Positions 45,569 through 55,368 of a stretch of DNA of 64,000 nt are shown in pieces; position 1 is the stretch's first letter; every line of letters starts with the position of its first letter. The notes below the pieces were generated by a model. That model saw nothing but the letters and a program-made list of their open reading frames with translations. It made no database searches and was not told where the DNA came from. This stretch comes from an uncultured Fretibacterium sp. Its GTDB lineage: Bacteria; Synergistota; Synergistia; Synergistales; Aminobacteriaceae. Location of the stretch: assembly GCA_937915835.1 (NCBI GenBank), contig CALGHA010000151.1, positions 18,962-82,961 of the forward strand, written 5' to 3'. The translations under genes and the position numbers were made by a program.

Positions 45569-46623
45569 TAACGAGTTCCGCGCTCAACAGACGTTAAAAT
45601 TTTGCTCATAGCTTCAAGATTGTCTAAAATTTTTCCAACTCCCAGAGCAACAGAATTTAACGGGTTATCAGCGACTATCACAGGCGTATTGATTGCACGT
45701 GATAATCTCTCACTCAAGCCGCGCATTAAAGCAACTCCGCCGGTCAAGATTATTCCTCTGTCGACGACATCTTTTGAGAGTTCAGGAGGCATTTTCTCAA
45801 GAGCAACTTTCACCATGTCTTCAATGCTGACTAAAATCGGCTCAAGAGCTTCACGAACTTCAACCGAAGAAACCGTATCACTCTTAGGAAGTCCGTCCGA
45901 TAAATCCCGGCCCTTAACGTTCATTTCGAGTTCAGTATCAAGAGACAGAGCAGAACCGATTGTATTTTTCACCTCTTCGGCTGTAGCTTCACCGATTAAT
46001 AACGCGTAACGTGAACGAACCATATTTACGATTGCTCCGTCCATCATTTTGCCGGCAGTTCTCAGTGAGCTTGTTACGACAATTCCGCCGAGTGAAATTA
46101 CGCTTACTTCGCTTGTTCCTCCTCCAATGTCAATAATCATGCAGCCATGAGGTTTATCAATCGGAAGTCCGACACCGAGCGCGGCAGTTATCGGCTCTTC
46201 AACAACGAAGGCTTCTCCTGCTCCTGCACCGAGTGTTGCGTCGATTACGGCTTTACGTTCAACTTCAGTAACTTCGGCAGGAATAGAGATTACTACGCGT
46301 GGATGAACTTTGAAGGCATTACCCGAATTTATTCGTTTCAAGCAGTAGCGTATTAATTCTTCGGTCATGTCGAAGTTCGCGATTACTCCACCTTCGAGGG
46401 GCCAGATTGCTTCGATACCATGCGGGACTTTTCCGGACATTGCTTTTGCTTCCGTTCCGACGGCGATAACCTCAAAGCCTGCTCCTCTTGGTAATTTCCT
46501 GACTGCTACGGCTGAAGGCTCACTGAACACGATACCTTTATCCTTGACATAAACGACGACATTTGATGAGCCTAAATCTATGCCTACGTCCATTCCCAGC
46601 ATTCCAGATAAATATTTGAACAT
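45568..46623 (-). CDS. mreB: Rod shape-determining actin-like protein MreB
   Basis: 351-aa ORF with DVGIDLGSSN, IDIGGGTSEV and ILTGGVALMRGL, the actin-fold motifs of MreB. Confidence 0.95.
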   Translation of the reverse strand: MFKYLSGMLGMDVGIDLGSSNVVVYVKDKGIVFSEPSAVAVRKLPRGAGFEVIAVGTEAKAMSGKVPHGIEAIWPLEGGVIANFDMTEELIRYCLKRINSGNAFKVHPRVVISIPAEVTEVERKAVIDATLGAGAGEAFVVEEPITAALGVGLPIDKPHGCMIIDIGGGTSEVSVISLGGIVVTSSLRTAGKMMDGAIVNMVRSRYALLIGEATAEEVKNTIGSALSLDTELEMNVKGRDLSDGLPKSDTVSSVEVREALEPILVSIEDMVKVALEKMPPELSKDVVDRGIILTGGVALMRGLSERLSRAINTPVIVADNPLNSVALGVGKILDNLEAMSKILTSVERGTR

Positions 46624-46638
46624 TTACTTTATTCCTCG

Positions 46639-47280
46639 TTATCTTGGCCAATAAGGATTTAATTCCCGTTCTTCACCGATTGAAGTATCCGGCCCGTGTC
46701 CAGGCAAAACGTGTAAGCTGTCATGAAACTCCGCAATTTTTCTCAATGACGCTTCAAGCTGTAAATCATCTCCGCCCTCTAAGTCCGTACGTCCGACGCT
46801 CTGAGCAAAAAGTGTGTCGCCTGAGATTAGGACGCTGTGATTATCTTTGTCGGTGATTAAGTAACACACGCTGCCTTGAGTATGTCCGGGAGTCTCGAAA
46901 ACTTTGATTTTATAGCCGGGAAAATCGATAACTCTTCCGTCGTCAACTTCCTGAAAATGAGAACTCTCAAGCCCCGAACAGTTCACCCCGAGTAAATCTT
47001 GAAGCTCACGTGAAGGATTACTAAGCGAATTTGCATCTTTTGAGCCGATGAAAATATTATTGCCGACGAGATTAACAAGCTCATGAATGCCGGCAATATG
47101 GTCAATATGTCCGTGAGTTAATAAAATCATCTTGAGCTTCAATTCATTATCATTGAGAAATTTTCTGACATGCTTAGTATTTCCGCCAGGATCCACGAAA
47201 AAAGCCTCTTTCGTCTCGTCATCCCAAAATAAATAGCCGTTCGTCCATAATGCCCCTAATGAAAAGCGTTTGTAATTCAT
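46639..47280 (-). CDS. MBL-fold metallo-hydrolase (glyoxalase II-like)
   Basis: 213-aa ORF with LLTHGHIDHIAG, the HxHxDH zinc motif, and a later TPGHT. Confidence 0.85.
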   Translation of the reverse strand: MNYKRFSLGALWTNGYLFWDDETKEAFFVDPGGNTKHVRKFLNDNELKLKMILLTHGHIDHIAGIHELVNLVGNNIFIGSKDANSLSNPSRELQDLLGVNCSGLESSHFQEVDDGRVIDFPGYKIKVFETPGHTQGSVCYLITDKDNHSVLISGDTLFAQSVGRTDLEGGDDLQLEASLRKIAEFHDSLHVLPGHGPDTSIGEERELNPYWPR

Positions 47281-47292
47281 TAATCTTTCTCC

Positions 47293-47733
47293 TTAAGCGT
47301 CAATAATAAAAGTTAATGGCCCGTCGTTAATAATCTCTACGGTCATCTCAGCTCCGAATTGGCCGGTTTGAATATTCTTCAGGCCCATAGATTTAACTTT
47401 CTCGACGAAATAATCATACAACTTTTCGGCTTCTTCTGGTTTAGCAGCATTCGTGAAGCCCGGACGTCTTCCTTTTTCGCACGAAGCATAGAGCGAGAAT
47501 TGCGACACTAATAATACCTCACCGTCAATGTCCTTGAGTGAAAGATTAATTTTCCCGTTATCGTCCGCAAAAATTCGTAAGCCCGTCATTTTCTCAGCGA
47601 GCCAGTCAGCTTTTGCAGTGTCATCACCATGTGTTACGCCGATTAATACGCACATTCCCTGCCCGATTTCGCGACGTTCATTATTCTCAATCGTAACTGA
47701 AGCGCGCTTTACACGTTGAATTAATATTCTCAT
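47293..47733 (-). CDS. dtd: D-aminoacyl-tRNA deacylase
   Basis: 146-aa ORF. MRILIQRV..ASV... and SQFSLYA....GRRP.F, with a C-terminal NDGP.T, are typical of Dtd. Downstream of relA, as in Bacillus. Confidence 0.92.
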   Translation of the reverse strand: MRILIQRVKRASVTIENNERREIGQGMCVLIGVTHGDDTAKADWLAEKMTGLRIFADDNGKINLSLKDIDGEVLLVSQFSLYASCEKGRRPGFTNAAKPEEAEKLYDYFVEKVKSMGLKNIQTGQFGAEMTVEIINDGPLTFIIDA

Positions 47734-47736
47734 TGT

Positions 47737-50070
47737 TTATCCTCTCGTTACTGTGATAATTCCTCTGACTTCGTTTAATTTTGCCATAACAGAATATAAA
47801 TGTTCAAGATTTCGCACTCTTACGGTGAGTTTTATTCGCATTAAACTGTTTCCGACCATAGTAGCTTTAATCCCGGCAATGCTGCTTCCTTCGAGACCGA
47901 CAGCGCGGCTTATGTCTGAGATTAAATCTTCGCGGTCTAATCCTTCAGTTTTGAGCTTGGCAATGTAAATCTTCGGCTTTCTGTTAGGGCTGTAATCCTG
48001 CTCCGGAGCTGACCATGAGACATTTACGGTTCTGCCGTTTTTTAGCCCTTTCAAGCTCGGACAATTCGCGCAATGTACTGTAATTCCTCTTCGTGTTGAC
48101 GAATAGCCGATAATCTCATCGCCTGGAACTGGATCACAGCATGAAGCAAGCGTAACGCTCACGCCGCCTTCACCTTCGACGAGAATATCAGATTTGTTAT
48201 CTTTCTTTTTTTGAGCGGGGATTTCTTGTTCAAACTCAACGGGTAAAGTCTGAGGGCCTGAAGTATTATGATGCTGGAGATATGCGAGTGATAATTTTTG
48301 AGCGGCTTCACCTGGTCCGATTGAGCCGGAGCCGACAGCGATTAATTGTTCGTCGATGTTGTTGAAGTCCTCACGCTTGACATCGCTTAACCCTCGACGC
48401 TTTAATTCCCGTTCGATCAACTTCCAGCCGCGTTCAAGTTTTTCTTCACGTTCAGTTTTCTCGGCCTGTTTGAAATAGCTTCGGATTTTCGCCCTCGTCT
48501 TCGCTGAACTCACAATTTTTAGCCAATCTTTAGACGGTGAGCCGTTCGGGGACGTGAGAATTTTCACCATATCGCCGCTGTGTAATTGGGTATTAAGCGG
48601 GACAATCCGGCCGTTAATCATTGCACCGACACAGTGATTGCCGACCTCAGTATGAACAGAATACGCGAAATCTAAAGTTGTTGAACCGTTCGGAAGGATT
48701 AAAGGTTTGCCGTCTGGAGTGAAGACGTAAAGCTCATTAGTCAACAAAATATCCGTCTTAAGAATGTCGATGAACTTTTCAGTGTCTCCGTTTTGTCCAG
48801 CTTCGAGAGCCTGACTTACCCAGATTAAGCGCGCGTCCATTCCCTTAATCGCTTTTCGTGAGCCTCCGCCGGATTTGTAAACCCAGTGAGCCGCAATTCC
48901 ATATTCGGCGTAATTGTTCATCTCGTAAGTCCTGATTTGCACTTCCAACGGGACACCGAATGCCATTACTGTAGTGTGAAGAGATTGATACATGTTGCTT
49001 TTTGGCTGAGCGATATAATCATCGAATTGGCCGGGAATTGGAACCCATATTGAATGCACAATGCCTAAAACTGAGTAACAAGTTGTAACGTCTGAGACAA
49101 GAATACGAACGGCAAGAATGTCATAAAGTTCATCAAACGAGATTTTTTTACGCTGCATCTTCTCGTAAATGCTGTAATAATGTTTCGAACGTCCTTTAAT
49201 TCGACACGGGATATTCTCATTCTGCAATCTGTCCTCAAGAACTTTCCGGGCTTTCGCAATAACTTCTTCCATCTTGGGCATACGTTTTTTCACGCGTGTT
49301 TCGACTTCGGCGTAAATGTCAGGCTGAAGATACATGAACGATAAATCCTCGAGCTCACGTTTCATGTGATAAATTCCGAGCCTGTGAGCAAGAGGAGCGT
49401 AAATTTCCATCGTCTCGCGCGCAATTCGTTCTTGTTTATCAGGCCTCATAACTCCGAGCGTTCTCATGTTATGCAACCTGTCAGCAAGTTTTATCAACAC
49501 AACCCTAATATCTTGAGCCATGACAATAAACATTCGCCGTAAATTCTCGCTCGTCAAATCCTCACGCGACATGAACTCCTTCACGTCTTCACCGGCCAAT
49601 TTCGTAACACCCTTAACGAGAGTTTCAACGTCAGCACCGAACTTTTCACGGACATCTTCACCGGTAACCGAAGTATCCTCGATTGTGTCATGAAGCAAAG
49701 CCGCAATCAGCGTAGACATGTCTAAATGCATTCCAGCGAGAATTAATGCCGCGCTTAGAGTGTGAATAATATACGGATCTCCTGACTTCCTGAATTGGTC
49801 CTTATGAGCAACTGCCGCAAATACGAAAGCCTCTCCAAGTTGATTTAACTGTTCGGGATTTAATGACAGCATGGATTTTGCCCATAACTCCTGCCAGAGA
49901 GAACGGACGCATTCCTGCTGTGAAGCCGGAGGAATTTTCAGGAAGAATTCATCACGTAATGCATACATATCACGTAAATAATTCGATGAGTTGTCAATTG
50001 ACGGGACGCTGTTAATAATCGATGAAAAACTGTCTCTGCTAGTATCAAGAGTTTCAAGGGCACCTGCCAT
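47737..50070 (-). CDS. relA: Bifunctional (p)ppGpp synthetase/hydrolase RelA/SpoT (Rel)
   Basis: HD hydrolase domain (HTLSAALILA..DTIEDT), synthetase domain (YQSLHTTV), and TGS and ACT-like C-terminal domains. The track start is GTG 50073. ATG 50070 lies 7 nt after GAAGGTG. Confidence 0.92.
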   Translation of the reverse strand: MAGALETLDTSRDSFSSIINSVPSIDNSSNYLRDMYALRDEFFLKIPPASQQECVRSLWQELWAKSMLSLNPEQLNQLGEAFVFAAVAHKDQFRKSGDPYIIHTLSAALILAGMHLDMSTLIAALLHDTIEDTSVTGEDVREKFGADVETLVKGVTKLAGEDVKEFMSREDLTSENLRRMFIVMAQDIRVVLIKLADRLHNMRTLGVMRPDKQERIARETMEIYAPLAHRLGIYHMKRELEDLSFMYLQPDIYAEVETRVKKRMPKMEEVIAKARKVLEDRLQNENIPCRIKGRSKHYYSIYEKMQRKKISFDELYDILAVRILVSDVTTCYSVLGIVHSIWVPIPGQFDDYIAQPKSNMYQSLHTTVMAFGVPLEVQIRTYEMNNYAEYGIAAHWVYKSGGGSRKAIKGMDARLIWVSQALEAGQNGDTEKFIDILKTDILLTNELYVFTPDGKPLILPNGSTTLDFAYSVHTEVGNHCVGAMINGRIVPLNTQLHSGDMVKILTSPNGSPSKDWLKIVSSAKTRAKIRSYFKQAEKTEREEKLERGWKLIERELKRRGLSDVKREDFNNIDEQLIAVGSGSIGPGEAAQKLSLAYLQHHNTSGPQTLPVEFEQEIPAQKKKDNKSDILVEGEGGVSVTLASCCDPVPGDEIIGYSSTRRGITVHCANCPSLKGLKNGRTVNVSWSAPEQDYSPNRKPKIYIAKLKTEGLDREDLISDISRAVGLEGSSIAGIKATMVGNSLMRIKLTVRVRNLEHLYSVMAKLNEVRGIITVTRG

Positions 50071-50072
50071 CA

Positions 50073-51761
50073 CTAAACACCTTCTTTCTTAACTGCGAAG
50101 TCCAGTATAAATTGTAACTGTTCCTCGTTCTTCCAATAATCTAATCTGGGATGATAGATCCAACCTTGTACGTCGCTGAAAATGTCAACAATATCGCTTG
50201 CAAGTGTATTAAACGCTAACAACCTCGAATTATTGACGCGAATATAACTGTGTGCTTCGTCCTTGCCCATTGAGTGAATTTCTGAGTGAGCAAAATCCTT
50301 ATCGACATAAAATTTCGGAGCCGGATTGTTATTCCCGAAAGGTCCAAGCTCTGACACTGCCCGCCAATCTGATATGCTTATATCCGACGGAGCAATATTA
50401 ATCACAGGAACAGCAGCTTCAGGCTCAATCACAATGTCTTCAAGCATTCGTTCAAGCTCATCACGAACTTCCGGCCAATTTTCAGAACTTACGGAGAAAC
50501 CTGCCGCGAATTTATGACCTCCCCAAGCCTCGAGTTTCTGAGAGATTTCACGCAAAATTCCTACAGCGTCGCCGCCTTCAGGAACTCGCAAAGTCCCGCG
50601 AATAACTTTTGCACCAACCGGAGCGGCTAAGACTATCGGCCTGTTGTATTGCGCACATACACGGCTTGCAACTCCGCTTAAAACTCCGATTGGCCAGTCG
50701 TCATGGAATAAAACTTTGTGGGTAAATTTTCCCGTTAAAATTCCGTTGTCAATCTCTTTGGCGATATTATCAGTCCAAGTTTGACGTTTACGATTAATTC
50801 TCACGAGGTCATTTACATTGTTATAGACTACTTCATTGCTTCCGGCTCCGAGTAAAGCACGAACTCCGGCATCTGCTGTAGCAATTCTTCCTGGAGCGTT
50901 GAGACATGGGATTACTCGCATTGATAAATGTTCTTCGGTTAATTGGGGCCTGTTAATCTTCAAGCAGTCGAGTAACGCGCTAATTCCTCGTCTTGGGTTA
51001 TTACGCATTAAGTTCATTCCGTAACGAACGAGCGAACGATTAAGATTATGAAGGGGCATACAGTCAGCAATCGTTGCGAGGGCGGCTAAATCGACTTCAT
51101 ACTGCAAAAATTTTCTGGGCACAATATTTTCTTTCCAAGCCCAGCACCATAATACGGCTGTCGCACAAATTTTCTGGACTTCGCCGGCTTCCATGTTGAG
51201 ACAGGGATTTACGATTGTCGGGATTGTTACGGGAGCTGAAACTGAATGATGATCGAAGACGAAAATGTTTATTCCCTTCTGCCGTAAAATTTCTAACATC
51301 TCACTGTCATTAGTTCCGCAGTCAACTACGACCAGAGTATTACAGCCCCATCCCGGAACTTTTTCAAGAACTCCAGCGTTAAGACCATAGCCGTGAACGT
51401 CCCTTCTTGGAATGAAATAGCGGACTTGAGCGGCTTTATTCCGGAAGATTTCCATTGCAAGCACAGTTGAAGAAATTCCGTCGGTGTCATAATCTCCATA
51501 GACTAAGACATTGCCGAATGAACTTTTTGCTTCCCAGAGGGCTTTAGCTTCTTTTCCTCCTGTTCCTAAGTCTAAACTCTCAATTTGTTTTGCGAAGTCA
51601 GGATGTATCCATTCACGAAGAGTATTAATATCTTCATCGCCCTTCAGCATCTCAAGGACTCCGGCGGCGAGTTCAGGACAAGAAAGCTCATGAGCAAGGT
51701 TTGTAGTGCTTGCGGACTTGTGAAATATTTTCAGGCTTGAGAGTGAACATGTTTGTATCAT
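50073..51761 (-). CDS. recJ: Single-stranded-DNA-specific exonuclease RecJ
   Basis: DHH family motifs are present (VYGDYDTDGISS, VVDCG, VFDHHS), with a DHHA1 region. ATG 51761 lies 9 nt after GGAG and forms an ATGA overlap with the tadA stop. The track start 51809 is inside tadA. Confidence 0.9.
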   Translation of the reverse strand: MIQTCSLSSLKIFHKSASTTNLAHELSCPELAAGVLEMLKGDEDINTLREWIHPDFAKQIESLDLGTGGKEAKALWEAKSSFGNVLVYGDYDTDGISSTVLAMEIFRNKAAQVRYFIPRRDVHGYGLNAGVLEKVPGWGCNTLVVVDCGTNDSEMLEILRQKGINIFVFDHHSVSAPVTIPTIVNPCLNMEAGEVQKICATAVLWCWAWKENIVPRKFLQYEVDLAALATIADCMPLHNLNRSLVRYGMNLMRNNPRRGISALLDCLKINRPQLTEEHLSMRVIPCLNAPGRIATADAGVRALLGAGSNEVVYNNVNDLVRINRKRQTWTDNIAKEIDNGILTGKFTHKVLFHDDWPIGVLSGVASRVCAQYNRPIVLAAPVGAKVIRGTLRVPEGGDAVGILREISQKLEAWGGHKFAAGFSVSSENWPEVRDELERMLEDIVIEPEAAVPVINIAPSDISISDWRAVSELGPFGNNNPAPKFYVDKDFAHSEIHSMGKDEAHSYIRVNNSRLLAFNTLASDIVDIFSDVQGWIYHPRLDYWKNEEQLQFILDFAVKKEGV

Positions 51762-52213
51762 AGTGATTTTCTCCTGCGTAAAAAATATTCCTGAAGTATA
51801 GCCAGGCATTCAGCTTTCATAACTCCGCTTTGAACTTTGCAAGTGTGATTTAATCTAGTGTCCTGCAAAATGTTATAGAGAGTTCCGGCGGCTCCTGACT
51901 TGTAATTTTTTGCGCCGTAAACAACTCGTGAAATTCTAGAATTTACGCAAGCTCCTGCACACATTGGACAAGGTTCAAGAGTGACATAAAGGGTACAGCC
52001 GGACAAGTTCCAGTGATTAAGTTTTTTCGCGCATGAACGAATTGCGATAATCTCGGCATGTTCGGTCGGGTCAGAAATTTTTGCGTCGCTTCCGTAAGAT
52101 AAAATCTCATTATTGCGAACGATTAATGCTCCGACTGGGACATCACCGCGAGTGAAGGCGTTTCGGGCTTCGTTCAGAGCTTGTTGCATGAAGAAATTAT
52201 CACGGGTAATCAT
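51758..52213 (-). CDS. tadA: tRNA adenosine(34) deaminase TadA
   Basis: 151-aa ORF with the CDA zinc motifs HAEIIAIR and PCPMCAGA. Confidence 0.92.
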   Translation of the reverse strand: MITRDNFFMQQALNEARNAFTRGDVPVGALIVRNNEILSYGSDAKISDPTEHAEIIAIRSCAKKLNHWNLSGCTLYVTLEPCPMCAGACVNSRISRVVYGAKNYKSGAAGTLYNILQDTRLNHTCKVQSGVMKAECLAILQEYFLRRRKSL

Positions 52214-52431
52214 GATATTTTTGTTGTCCTTGAGTTAAGAATAAATTAATTGTCATAAAGTTATCATCTCCGTAAAATTTGTAAATCTGGATAAAAAATT
52301 TGCAAGATATTATACACGCACTGCAAGCCGGCAAAATTTTTACGCTCATAAAATATAACACGTTCTATTTTTTTATCATCTTCACGTGTTATCATTAACC
52401 GCAAAATTTTTTGAAAGGAGAAATTATTTAC

Positions 52432-53943
52432 ATGGCCTATTTCTACACTGAACCTTCGCATACATTCTCCGAGTACTTATTAATTCCGACGTACTCATCA
52501 GAAAATTGCGTGCCTTCAAACGTCTCGTTAAGAACTCCGTTATGCAAATTCCGACGAGGTGAAGAAGCTCCAATCAGCATTAACATTCCGTTGATATCCG
52601 CGTGCATGCAATCAGTTTCAGATGACAATATGGCGATTGCTTTAGCACGAGAAGGAGGATTAGCATTTATTTACTGTTCACAGCCAATCGAGAAACAAGC
52701 TGAGATGGTCGAGAAAGTTAAACGATACAAAGCCGGATTCGTCGCGAATGACTCTGCAATTGGCCCGGACCAAACTTTAGCTGACATTCTCAGGCTCAAA
52801 GAACAAACCGGACATACGACGGTCGCAGTAACTCAGGACGGGAGCTTGAAGGGAAAATTATTAGGGATTGTAACGAGCAGGGATTATCGAGTGAGCCGGA
52901 CAAATCTTGACGTGAAAGTTAAAGACTTTATGACCCCAATTGATAAAGTAATCTCGGCTAAAGACGGCGTAACTCTGAGTGAAGCTAATGATTTACTCTG
53001 GGAACATAAACTAAACGCGCTTCCTGTTGTTGATAATGACGGACATATGGTAGCGTTCGTGTTCAGAAAAGATTATGACATGCACAAGGAAAATCCGCTT
53101 GAACTTCTCGACGCAAAAAAACGTTTCATGACAGGAGCAGGAATTAACACGAGGGATTATGAGCAAAGAGTTCCTGCACTCGTGAAGGCCGGAGCTGATG
53201 TACTTTGCATTGACAGTTCAGAGGGTTTTACGGAATGGCAAAAGCGAACGCTAAAATGGGTACGTGAGAATTACGGCGATAACGTGAAAGTCGGCGGAGG
53301 AAATGTTGTAGATGCTGACGGTTTCAGATTTCTGGCAGAAGCTGGAGCTGACTTTGTGAAAATTGGAATTGGCGGCGGCTCAATCTGCATTACTCGTGAG
53401 GCAAAAGGAATTGGACGAGGACAAGCCACATCAATAATTGAAGTTGCTGAAGCTCGCGACAAATATTTTGCTGAGACAGGAATTTACGTTCCAATTTGTT
53501 CTGACGGCGGTATTGCTATGGATTATCACATAACGTTAGCTTTAGCAATGGGCGCGGACTTCTGCATGCTTGGACGATATTTTGCCCGTTTCGACGAAAG
53601 CCCGACTAATCGCGTAATGGTCAACGGGAATTACGTAAAGGAATATTGGGGCGAAGGAAGCTCACGAGCAAGAAACTGGCAGCGTTACGACAGCGGCGAT
53701 GCTTCTCAGGCGAAACTTTCATTTGAAGAGGGAGTTGACAGCTACGTTCCTTATGCCGGCAGTTTACGTGAGAATGTCAATGAAACTCTGAGCAAGATAA
53801 AATCAACTTTCTGTAACTGCGGAGCTTTGAACTTGGCCGAACTTAGAGATAAGGCAAAATTGACGCTCGTATCACCTGTTACACTTATGGAAGGCGGAGC
53901 GCACGACGTAATCATGAAAGAGGCAGTGAAACGGAGCAAATGA
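52432..53943 (+). CDS. guaB: IMP dehydrogenase (long-N-terminus subtype with CBS pair)
   Basis: ATG 52432 lies 11 nt after AAGGAG; the track start is TTG 52411. It has a TIM-barrel IMPDH fold with a CBS pair. The catalytic loop is [13 protein letters not shown], and GGI..... GADF.M.G is present. Confidence 0.85.
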   Translation: MAYFYTEPSHTFSEYLLIPTYSSENCVPSNVSLRTPLCKFRRGEEAPISINIPLISACMQSVSDDNMAIALAREGGLAFIYCSQPIEKQAEMVEKVKRYKAGFVANDSAIGPDQTLADILRLKEQTGHTTVAVTQDGSLKGKLLGIVTSRDYRVSRTNLDVKVKDFMTPIDKVISAKDGVTLSEANDLLWEHKLNALPVVDNDGHMVAFVFRKDYDMHKENPLELLDAKKRFMTGAGINTRDYEQRVPALVKAGADVLCIDSSEGFTEWQKRTLKWVRENYGDNVKVGGGNVVDADGFRFLAEAGADFVKIGIGGGSICITREAKGIGRGQATSIIEVAEARDKYFAETGIYVPICSDGGIAMDYHITLALAMGADFCMLGRYFARFDESPTNRVMVNGNYVKEYWGEGSSRARNWQRYDSGDASQAKLSFEEGVDSYVPYAGSLRENVNETLSKIKSTFCNCGALNLAELRDKAKLTLVSPVTLMEGGAHDVIMKEAVKRSK

Positions 53944-53955
53944 GATTATATATTT

Positions 53956-53986
53956 TCCCCCTTGTTTAGAGCATGGGGGATTTTTT
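53956..53986 (+). terminator. Rho-independent terminator after guaB
   Basis: UCCCCC (53956-53961) pairs with GGGGGA (53975-53980), leaving a 13-nt loop. UUUUUU follows at 53981-53986. On the minus strand the hairpin is not followed by a U-run. Confidence 0.7.
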
Positions 53987-53991
53987 AACAC

Positions 53992-55368
53992 TCACAAGAA
54001 TATCACGAATGACGCGAGACTTCCGGCAATCATGATTATCAATGTCCTTAAGAGTGAGAATTTCAGTTCACGGCAGACAAAGAATATCAGCGTTGAAGCT
54101 CCGATAAACGCGAGAAAGTAATTCCAGCTGATGAAGTCCGGGAAAATTCCGACGAAGAAATTAGCAATCTTATCGAACAGAATAAAAACTCCTTCGACGG
54201 CCCAAGTATAAATCATCTGAAGAGTTTTCACGATTAACGACACGAAGCCCATTATGAACGCGAACGAGAAATACAACGGAGCAAACAAGTTCAGAATAAC
54301 GCCGACAACTGGAGTTTCTCTGAAAGAGTAAGAGACCTGAGGAAAAGTTACGAGCCAAATTGCCGGACTGAATATGAACACCGAAAATTTTTTGCGTGGA
54401 AGCGAGCATATCAACATTGCGGCAAGAACTGAGAGCCTGAAGCCGATATCCCAGAACATAAACGGAGAATAAAGCAACAAGCTCACTCCTGCAACGCTCA
54501 CAGTGTTAATTCCTGAAATTGGCCGGTTAATAACTCGCGCGAATAATCCCACTTGAAGCATTAAGCCCGCACGCAAAGCACTAGTCGCGCAACCAGTCAA
54601 CAAAATATACGTCCACATGATTAACGAGAGCACGAAAATATTTCTGCTGAAGATTAAGCTCATGCACAAAATCACTAAGCCGACGTGAAAGCCTGAAACA
54701 GCGAGCAAATGACTTGTTCCCCAGCGTCGATGAGAGATATTCAGCGTGTAATCTCGTTCTCCTAACATTGCTTTGATGTAAGCGGCTGTACGTTCGGGCA
54801 TATGAATGCTGACGTAACGGGAAATTCTGTATCTCAATCTCGCAAAGCTGAACTTAACCGGCAACTCTTGATATTCATAAAGTTTCAGCCAGGAATTAAC
54901 GCCTTGAGCACGCCAAAATTTAGCCTCGTCGAATTTTCCTGAGACGTTGAAAGTTTGAGTAATTCCGTCAAATTTTATTCTCGTTCCCGGCATAATCTCA
55001 GCAAATTGCAACTTTGCCGCTAATTTCCCGTAATTTTCCGTGTCAATCTCAGCAACGTAAATTCTTCCCCATTGCCGCAAATTCGTAATTGTTCCGCTTT
55101 CGTTTGTAATCGCTTGTTCTTGTGAGACATTCGGCCTCGAAACTTCATAGCCAACTCTAAACGAGCATAACAAGGTAAAAGCTAGCGTGAACAGGAAAAC
55201 TCGCCATTGTTCGGGATAATCATATTCGTACGAGCAGAACATTACGCCGATGAAAATTAACGGAACGCCGAAAATTAACGCGAAAATACCTGCCTTATCG
55301 TAAAGAGCTAAGCCGGAGATTAACGCGATAAACACTCCCAACATTGGAGCACGCTGTAAAATTTTCAT
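53992..55368 (-). CDS. comEC: ComEC/Rec2-family DNA internalisation channel protein, short form without a C-terminal metallo-beta-lactamase domain
   Basis: 458-aa polytopic ORF. It lies immediately downstream of comEA, with a 1-nt overlap. The ..HLLAVSGFHVG.. motif belongs to the Competence (ComEC) domain, and the N-terminal region is OB-like (DUF4131-like). The ORF ends right after the membrane domain. Confidence 0.75.
   Translation of the reverse strand: MKILQRAPMLGVFIALISGLALYDKAGIFALIFGVPLIFIGVMFCSYEYDYPEQWRVFLFTLAFTLLCSFRVGYEVSRPNVSQEQAITNESGTITNLRQWGRIYVAEIDTENYGKLAAKLQFAEIMPGTRIKFDGITQTFNVSGKFDEAKFWRAQGVNSWLKLYEYQELPVKFSFARLRYRISRYVSIHMPERTAAYIKAMLGERDYTLNISHRRWGTSHLLAVSGFHVGLVILCMSLIFSRNIFVLSLIMWTYILLTGCATSALRAGLMLQVGLFARVINRPISGINTVSVAGVSLLLYSPFMFWDIGFRLSVLAAMLICSLPRKKFSVFIFSPAIWLVTFPQVSYSFRETPVVGVILNLFAPLYFSFAFIMGFVSLIVKTLQMIYTWAVEGVFILFDKIANFFVGIFPDFISWNYFLAFIGASTLIFFVCRELKFSLLRTLIIMIAGSLASFVIFL

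Noticed and set aside
52214-52431. A purine/guanine riboswitch or small gene upstream of guaB, including the 65-aa reverse ORF at 52264-52461.
   Set aside because: No purine-riboswitch junction sequence or three-helix arrangement is visible. The small ORF has no SD and overlaps the guaB start on the opposite strand. The shared 23-nt element and inverted repeat are reported instead.
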